This document shows, piece after piece, positions 13,701 through 22,029 of a stretch of DNA of 64,000 nucleotides (positions are counted from its first letter, which is position 1; every line of letters begins with the position of its first letter). A program made the translations under genes and the position numbers. This DNA is from Kondoa subrosea (taxonomy: Eukaryota). The notes below the pieces were generated by a model that ran no database searches, was not told the origin of the DNA, and saw only the letters and a list, made by a program, of their open reading frames with translations. The stretch is taken from positions 248,001-312,000 of the forward strand of contig BCIN01000003.1 in assembly GCA_039545335.1 (NCBI GenBank), in the 5' to 3' direction.

Positions 13701-14351
13701 TTGCTTGGTCATGCGTCTTGTTCCGCAAGGCGTTGATAGGCTGGAACTTACTTTGAATCCCAAGAACGAGGTCGACGAACTTCACAGAAGTCTACGAGAC
13801 TTCTTCTTCCAGCGTATCAAGACAATCATAGAAGGTGAAGAAGGTATCTACGAGGGACCTGGTACTGTGAGTGGTCTCTTTAAATCCCATTAATTTTGTT
13901 GAACTTTTATACTTTGCACAGTCACTGGTGAAGCATATCACAGCGGCTTGGGCTTCATCTCGGCGACTTATCCACGAACTAGCTTTAGTGAATCAACGCT
14001 TTCCCATCAAGATTCAGCACTTAGCGAAGAAATCCCGACCGACACCTTTCCTTCGCCTAGCAGCTCGAATGCATAGCAAGACTGCTCAAGCTAGCTACAA
14101 CGTCTTGTTCGAGATATCTGGTGACGAGATCTTTACTGGCGATCTGGACAATGTGGTTGCAGAAATTGGGTGTGCAGCAGAAATCAAGTTTGGGAAAGTC
14201 GAGTAAGCCAACTCTGCTGACATGCCCGAGACAAAGCTGACGGCTGTACAGCCGCGAAGAAGTCGCATATATTGTCAGAGATCGAGTGTCGCATGGTGGT
14301 CCCCGAGCATTATTGGAAGCTTGTCTAGAAGCAGAAGCTAAATATCCTTAA
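10799..14351 (+). CDS. SPC105: Kinetochore scaffold Spc105/Spc7/KNL1
   Basis: PP1-docking motifs RSILK and RRVSFA; MELT-like repeats (SMDLA, GMDLV, EMEMS, TMDME); C-terminal Spc7 region (LTLEEFFNLTGMQFMDDL...EWYDYR), coiled coil and RWD-like tail. Confidence 0.85.
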
Positions 14352-14457
14352 TCACTATTTCGTTTATCTTGCGTTGTACATTGTCTGTCTAGTAAACTTT
14401 TGGGCATGTTGTAAGACTTTGGAACACTATTATTACAGATATATTCGCGGCGTGCAT

Positions 14458-16233
14458 TCATCTCGCTGGCAAACTTCTTCCCCGCTGCTGCAGTTGACGA
14501 TATACCCAGGCCGACAATGTACCAGCAGCGCCGAGCACGACTGATGCGCGGAAGATGATTGTGACCAGAAGAGCTCTTCTTAGGCATGCGTAGAACTCGT
14601 TGATAGCCAATCCGGCCTGTGTTTCAATTATTTACATCAGCCAATACCCAGCTGACGAGCTCCACAAGCCTGACCCAATTGACACGTCTCTCGCTAGGAG
14701 CAACCGACGCTCTGTCGTCCCATTTCCGCACCAGACTTCTATACCTCCAAGAGAAGATATATAACCAGAAATTCATGTCTGGGCCATCAAATTTCGGTAG
14801 CATAGAAGCCATACTAGGTGCGAGATGTTGCGTTGCAGGAGGAACGTCTGTTCCAAAGACGGAAGAACCGGTTCGAGTTCTTTTTCGCTTGATCTTTGGT
14901 CTGATCGTTGGGTCTTGGGCTATCATTGGATAGGTAGCTGGAGCAGAAGGAAGAAGAGCGGGTAGAGATGGATCGGTTGCAGGTTGAGTAGACATGAGTG
15001 CGAGTAGATCGAGACTCATTCCCTGTACATGCCGATTGATTGCCATGAGCAGAATACTCAAGCAGTACGTCAGTACATACGAGAGTTAATCCCCATAATC
15101 GAAGATCAGGTAATTTGCCCTGTAAATCTTCAGTTGGATTGAGCTGGGCAACAGCTATTGGATCGTTGGGTAAAAGAATACACCTGTAAGCGTTACCTGA
15201 ATCTTGAGTTGCTTCGTCAACATTATGGAGGTAATGCGTACCGGAACTTCATTTGACCGACTAGTAACTGCAAAGCCGACCTAATCAATGCAGATTTGGG
15301 CGCTAGTCTTGTCCCGAGATCAATTGCCACATCTCCCCATTGAACTTCAGGAAAGTGTACTGTGTGCAAAAAACCCGTATGCTATCAGCTGAAGCTGAAA
15401 GTATGAGGTCTTGCATACGTAGTGACATTGGCACAAAGTGTGCTGAGGCTACTTCTGAGACCTGCAATTCGACTGCTGGCCGATCTGGTCCAACATGCAG
15501 GAAGACTGAATGACATATCAGTTACGTCAATCGCTCAGGAAGCGAACGACTGACCAAAAGGACTAAGAATCATGAGTACTTTCTTCCCGAGAGAGCTTGT
15601 GATTTCTCGATCGTCCAATCTTCCAATCGGAATATAGTCTCTTTCAGCCAGATCAATGCCCACTTCTTCATACGTTTCCCTCAGGGCAGTGAAATGAGCA
15701 TTCTCATCTTCCGGATCTTGTCTTCCTCCCTTTTTTTAACGCGGTCAGAATGGCACGACTTTCATAGTGTAACAGCGACACTTACTGGGAAAGCGATATG
15801 AGCAGACCAGCGATCCGATGCTCGAGAAGCTCTCTTGATGTACAAGATTTCAGGCGAGCCTTGTTTGACCCAAGGTTGATCAAAGAAATTTCGAACTTGC
15901 TCTGAAGTCGAAAGCCAAGTCTTTTCCGTTGCTGTTGGTGTAGCAACTTCCGCTTGAGTAGCTTGGACTGTTGTGGCTGGAGAGAAAGGTTCTGGTGAAG
16001 TTGATCGAGAATGACTTGGTGTGCTAGGAGAGCCAGGCTTGACTCGAAGTACTTTACAGAAAAAGGAACAGAATGAATACAAGATAGTAGAAAGGAGCGG
16101 AGGATAATGTACTAAGAGCAACACTAGCACGCTTCACATGCACAGCTGAAGCGTGATTTCCTATGATTCGAGGAGAATTGGAAGCAATAGACAGTAAGGC
16201 GTGCTTGAGCCTTTCAGACATAGGTACAGCCAT
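14458..16233 (-). CDS. Nudix hydrolase (CoA-pyrophosphatase-like box) with C-terminal hydrophobic segment
   Basis: KRASVAL; EILYIKRA...DRWSAHIAFPGGRQDPEDENAHFTALRETYEEVGIDL (Nudix box); C-terminal LRRALLVTIIFRASVVLGAAG. Confidence 0.85.
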
Positions 16234-16310
16234 GGTGCCAGCTCTACGGCACGCGGAATAGGGCGAGATACAGGCTTGAACAATAATTCGACCTTGGTTT
16301 TCCTGCAACA

Positions 16311-18338
16311 ATGTTCTGCGCAAGTAAGTCATTTGCTGATGAGGCAGCCACTCTGTGCAGAGCCTCATATGATGTTTTGCTAGTCTCTGGTGTATCGCCT
16401 ATCAACCCAGTTGTGTCAAAAGTTACAGGCCACGTCTATGAAAAAGACTTGATTCTCAAATACATCAGGTATGTCGTAGTAGCTGCTCTGTACGCAATGT
16501 TGCCACTGCTTACACAGTCTTTCTACATACAGAGACAATGAAGGCCGTGATCCAATAACGGGCGCTACTTTGACAGAAGATGATCTGTTAGCTATCAAAA
16601 CCTGTAAGCTTCCCCATATCCTCGCTTTATGCCTTCTTCCTCCGCTCTCCGCATCTACTGCACACTCAAGATGATACATTGCCAAAAATATAAAGACTAG
16701 AAGGCTGATTATGACCTGGAAGGAGTGAATTTTGGCAACCTTGCCTCTTTTCTCGCTTTTTGTCTGGATACACCGTTCCAATTCTGAAACATTACTTCTT
16801 TTCATTGTTTGGTGAAATGTGAAAAGAAAAGATGCTGATTCGTTATCTATTGTGTTCCATAGCTCCTTCAGCACCAACAACTGCTCCGCGGCCGGCTCAA
16901 TTCAACTCTATCCCTTCACTACTAGCAGGTCTTCAGAATGAATGGGATTCCTCTATGCTCGAAGTGTTTGAATTGAGGAAACAAGCTTCTTCTTTGCGTC
17001 AAGAACTTTCGCATGCTTTATACAAGGAAGACGCTGCTATGCGTGTATTGGCACGAATCATGAGGGAAAGAGATGAAGCAAGACAAGCGTTAGCTAACAT
17101 GAGAGCATCAATGGGTCTTTCGGGAGAAGCACCTTCTGGTTCAGCGAACGCGGGGGGAGATGTAGAAATGGATGGCGACTCCGCACAGGCTGAATCAAGT
17201 CCTTTCCCTGCACCATTGCTTGAAAAAGTCAAAGAGGTCGAATCAAGGTAAATCAACACGCTTGTTGCTTTATAATTTTGCTGAGGTATTGTTCATTCAA
17301 AGACTTTCGAGTAGCCGCAAACAGAATTCCAAAAAGCCTGCACCAGAAGGCTATGCAAGCGCAGACAATCTTAAGGCCCTTGCTCAAGATACTACCATTC
17401 CTTCCATGCATTCGACAAAACCTCCTGGCGTATCTTCAATGGATATCTCAAAAGACGGTCAGCTGCTCGTCACTGGTGGTATGGACAAGAATGTTGTGGT
17501 ATACGATCGGGAAACCTCCAAGGTTCTTTCAACTCTAAAAGGGCATACGAAGAAAGTCACTTCAACCCTCTTTGTCGGTTCATCACCAGAGGGCGACGAT
17601 TTACCATACCTCATCGCTTCCTCCTCTGCTGACAAGACCGTCCGTCTTTGGTCAACCGATACTTCTGCTAAATCAAAATCTTCTTACGCTGTCAAAGCAA
17701 CCATTTCTTCTCATTCTGGCGAAGTCAATGGACTTGTTGTTCACCCTTGCAACGAATTGCTTGCATCAGTAGGTCAAGATGGTTGGGCTTTCCACGATAT
17801 CAGCGATCCAGCTAAACCAGTCACTTTCGCTCAATCTGCTCTACCTGATGATGTTGCCGGTACTTCATGCGCATTCCATGGTGATGGAAATCTTCTAGCA
17901 GTAGGAGCAGAGAATGGCAAGATCTACGTTTACGACACGAAATCTTTAACCTTTGCTGCGACATTCGAAGACGAACGTTCCACTTCGCCAGTCACTTCTC
18001 TTTCCTTCTCTGAAAACGGTTACATTCTAGCTTCCGCATCTGGTAATTCTGGATTCGTTTGGGATCTTCGCAAGCAGAAAGTTACAGCTCAACTCAGTGG
18101 TGGAGATGGAGAATCTATCAAAGTCAATATCGTTTCTTGGGACAAAACAGCTCAGTTCTTGCTTTGCGCTGGATCGTCTGTCAAGATTTGGCAAAACAAG
18201 AGTTGGAACGAACCGTTGTGCACTTTGGAAGAGAACGCGAGCGATTTAACTGGTGCTGCTTGGGCTAAAGAGGGAAAAGAGGTTATTGTTGCTGGTTTGG
18301 ATAGAACGGTTAGGGTGTTTGTACCAAAGTCTGAGTAA
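16311..18338 (+). CDS. PRP19: Pre-mRNA processing factor 19 (U-box, coiled coil, WD40)
   Basis: MFCA/ISGVSPINPVVSKVTGHVYEK (U-box), SIPSLLAGLQNEWDSSMLE, LRQELSHALYKEDAAMRV, WD40 repeats. Confidence 0.95.
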
Positions 18339-18429
18339 AGAGGTTTACTTAAGGCAGAATTGCAAAAATGTATTGTGTTTAACATCGATTTCAGTAGATT
18401 ATTGGGTTTGGAAGTGATGGTCTTGGCAA

Positions 18430-19490
18430 GCGTGTTCCAAAAAGTTGCATGATATCGAAATCTATGCGTAGTAAAAAGATTAGAATTTCACCTCAGGTCC
18501 AAAGCGATCAAAATACACTTGTACGCAAGTAAAGTCTTTTTCGCTTTTGGATCATCACAGGGAAATAGTGAACCATGCTGATCCAAACTGCTGTTCCAGC
18601 GGACTCGAGGCCAAACGAGACCTGCGGATCAACAGCATCGCCAAACTTTCGTTCCCAGCCATAAAAGCAAAGAATACGTGCAAGAAAACCTTTCGCATAG
18701 CAACCAGGTTTCAAAGAAAGGGGAAAGAAGAAAGCCTGCTCGTTCAAGAACCTCCTCTCCCTCTCAGCTGTCAGAATGGCTCCTAACAACTCGACCGTAT
18801 GCCCATGCCCTGCTTTGGTAGGTAAGCTCTCTCTCTTAAGAGGCAGTATATCACAATCCATGATCCATGCGAAACCAATCGGTCCTCTTTGGCCACAACT
18901 CGCGAATCCCATCTTCCCAGGTCCAGAATTTCACCATATCCAAGTCTCTCTTCGCCTCGGTGGACGTCTCGGAGTTTTCTCTTTTTAAAAACTTTCTTAA
19001 TCGGGCCATTGAGCAGTCGCGAGGAAACATACTTCAATTGGCGCATTCGATCAAGCCTCGTCTTTGCTCCCACAAAGAACAAGTCGAGATGCAAATGCTC
19101 GTTCCGTAGCTTACGTAAATAAGTTCGGATTGCTCGAGGGGGGAATAATACGAGAAGGCTGAACTTTCCGTTCGCTATCACGAGCCCCTCAGAACAGCAG
19201 AAACGAATATTGCAGCCAATTGATCCGAAACAAAGAGTTGTGTGAAACCGCGAGATGGAGAATCTTAAGCTCATAAGCGAACAGTATTGAGCTAACGAAC
19301 GTCAACCGAAGTCCGTGTCAAGCCTTGCGGAAGCAACTCTGATGGAGACAAGCTTTCTTCCTTCCTCTGATATCAAAGAAATGATGCTTCATACGCCGCT
19401 CGATCAATTAGATCGCATCCCTCTCGAGGCGAAAGCGGAAACTTTCCTAGATAGGAAAGCTCAAAGGAAAAGGTACCGCACAAGCAGAAC
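18430..19490 (-). ncRNA. Candidate ~1-kb structured non-coding RNA with 3' Sm-like site (possibly telomerase RNA)
   Basis: No credible protein. Many nested helices, whose G-U pairs form only on the minus strand; cUUCGg tetraloop at 19306-19311; AACUUUUUGG at 18446-18437 directly after the closing helix. Confidence 0.55.
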
Positions 19491-19601
19491 TACGCGAAGA
19501 AGAGGTGGGATAGCCTTGTATATAGCGTAGGAGCGATGCTAGAGCGATCCATAAGCAGTACTACGCGATACAGAGCAGTTGCGAACTTACCGAACCGGCA
19601 T
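19490..19601 (-). CDS. Possible spliced micro-ORF MPVRIAPTLYTRLSHLFFA (19 aa)
   Basis: accATG at 19601, a 52-nt GTAAGT...CTAG intron at 19590-19539, TAG at 19492-19490. Confidence 0.3.
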
Positions 19602-19858
19602 GGTTTGGGAAAAGAAGCATCTTGGTTTCGAGCTGTGACTTTGGTCTCTGTGGCATTCGACGCATCCCATACTCCTTGCTTGTGCTTGCGAAGTATTCTC
19701 GTACTCTCTGCGCGCTGAAGTTGGCGTCGAAACGCGCGCGCATCATCGAATAATATCCGAGTATTGAAACAATCTTAGGGCATCTGTCTCCTACTAGCTG
19801 CGGTATCCTCTGGTCCTTTTGTCTTTATCTTTGCTCTCGGTTCTTCCTCTACACAAGC

Positions 19859-20342
19859 ATGGCTAGCTTTGAGCAGACCGTCACAGTTTCAGCAAACCCT
19901 ACTGGCACAATGAAGATTGATGTTCATGAGGACTCGAGGTCAGCTACATGATTTGAGAGTCTGGTAATCTCCTTAATACGGAACCTTCTGCGATGAAACA
20001 GCACTATCAGTAAGAAAGTGTCTTACAGTAATCAGAATCGAGCTAAAAGCAAGCAATAGTAACTGCCGCCGTTGTGGTGTCCTTCATCATCTTAGGTTTA
20101 GTAGGCATCTTTCTCTTCCTACGGATCACTTCCTGGTCTCGTCGAAGGACAGAAGAGAAACGAGGGCAAGCAACTTTGAAAGTTGGACCGCTGGAGAAAC
20201 GCAGAGGCGTGTTTGGGAAGCAAGGTCGTCGGAGAGGGAAGAATGCTTTTGATATCGATGAGCCGTTCGTAATCCTTCCGCTCCTTGATTATTACACATG
20301 CTAAATGAATGCATTGACAGTGAAGGTATCGCAGCCCAATAA
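19859..20342 (+). CDS. Small single-pass membrane protein of unknown function (~100 aa, includes an 8-nt microexon)
   Basis: MASFEQTVTVSANPTGTMKIDVHEDS/STI/ITAAVVVSFIILGLVGIFLFLRITSWSRRR...DIDEP/EGIAAQ*. A hydrophobic helix is followed by basic residues, and the introns splice in frame. Confidence 0.65.
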
Positions 20343-20344
20343 GA

Positions 20345-21799
20345 TTACAATCGTGATCGCGAGAGCGCTTCTGCGCCTTGTGCATCAAGCTGCTCTTCGA
20401 TATGACCTTGGCCAACTGAAGAACTGCCTAGATTCCCTTTTCTTTCACTGGCACCACTCGACGCGACTGTGCTACCGCGGAGATGTCGCCCTCTGGAATA
20501 GGATCAGCTGTATCAACAGCTTCTATCGGGTGCAAGCTTACAAGAATTCCGCTATACTCTCAAAATAACCTTTCTGAATTTCACATTTGGTAAGCTGTCT
20601 CCTTCCCTGATGCATGCTCTTGGACTTACAGCCAAACATGTATTGTTATGATCAGCTCCTTCAAACTCCTTCAACTCTTTCTTCTCACTCGGGCAAGCTT
20701 TATAGAGGTCTTTAACATGTTTAGGCGGGATCAACTCGTCCGCTTTCCCACTCAGGAAGAGAACTGGAAGATCTTTCCTCAATGTGTTTATTCGAGTGAT
20801 GGAGGACCATTTCTCGGACAAGAGGAAGAGAAAAGGTTTAGCTATTGGCATTACTGAAGGAACAAGGTCTGGTAGTGAAGTGAAAGTATTTTCTACGACT
20901 AGGGCGGAGATCTGGTATTATCGTATAAGTGGGGTCAAGCATAGAAAGAGGAGGAGCAAACTCTGCTTTGGTTGGAAGCAGCTAGATCAATAGCTACTGC
21001 TCCGCCTATACTTTGTCCATAGAGTATTATAGGCGTCTTCTCTAGTAAAGGATGTGATAGAACATGATCCAATGCGGTTTCTGAGTTACATGAAGATCAG
21101 ATGATCGACACAAATTTCGAGCCTTAGCAAGACAAACGAGCATCCATTCGAATTCCTGCTTCTGTTGGTTTGCCTTCTGATGTTCCATACCTACACGCGT
21201 GAATTCTTATTCTTGTGTAGCTCACAAGAGAGGCAGAGAAATAGCTCACCCTCGATATGAAAGCATTATGACGTTCATATGCATCTGTTCGTAAAAGACT
21301 TTCGCAAAAGGTAGTCGATGTCCTGTATTTCATACATCAGCTTCGTTATACAGCAGATGTAGCAGAAGCTTACCGATATTCCCAGCATTCGCCATCAAAA
21401 AGACCATAGTAGGAGCATGAGGAGCTTGAATCGCTTCATCTCCCGTTTGAGCGCCTCGTAGTAGTAAGTAAGCCTGTAGCTTTGTTCCATCCGGTGCGAC
21501 CAGTACAAGGTCTTCATACTTTGGCATGCCGAAACGCGCTGGTGTCCAAACATCCTTACGCGAGCCTCTACATCAACGGTCAGCCTCGAGGATCCCGGTT
21601 CAGAGAGTACGAACGAGGGCATGTTCGAGGGGTAGATGAGATTGGTTTGAAAGTACCATAGCAGACTGCCAGTAGTCAAGCCTAAACCTCCGATAACCTT
21701 TGCGCTAATGAAGGATTGAGAGCAGAAGCAAAGAAGAGTTGACACAGCTCACGCTGTTACGCCAGCTGCAATTATGGAAGTAGACGGTAGAGAGTTCAT
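20345..21799 (-). CDS. BEM46: Bem46/ABHD13 alpha/beta hydrolase
   Basis: LLWYFQTNLIYPS, MANAGNIG, SYRGYGTSEGKPTEAGI, nucleophile elbow GQSIGGAV, VENTFTSL, LFLSGKADELIPP, GADHNNT. Confidence 0.9.
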
Positions 21800-22029
21800 A
21801 TTGGATGCAAACTCGGGAGATGCAGAGCACAGAGCAAGAGTACTGTATGGAGAGATCAAGAAAGCTCGTGTGACAATGAGTGAACGCTACGGCAGGAGCC
21901 TAAAGAGAGCCAGAAGAAGAAAGACAGAGAGCACAAATGCATTCACTGCGAATTCATTCGCTGGCGGGTCTTCCAGCAGCCACCGCTCGTTCTTTGATCG
22001 ATACCCTCTGTTCACATATAGGCAGCGCG

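Noticed and set aside
18817..18828. CUUACCU on the minus strand, resembling the U1 snRNA 5' end
   Set aside because: Not AUACUUACCUG, no U1-70K (GAUCACGAAG) or U1A (AUUGCAC) loops, and it lies internally in the folded region.
19140..19195. GGGGCUC and GGAAAGUUC resembling RNase MRP/P CR-V and CR-I
   Set aside because: They are in the wrong order, cannot form P4 together, and both sit in local hairpins.
18508..19274. ORF-track ORFs of 134 and 163 aa (-) and shorter (+) ORFs
   Set aside because: No recognisable motif or protein-like composition and no coherent intron chain. The dense base-pairing is better explained by RNA structure.
19775..19780. Single TTAGGG (also at ~18310) as a telomerase template or telomere remnant
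   Set aside because: Only one 6-nt unit with no alignment region; expected by chance, and the other copy lies in the PRP19 coding sequence.
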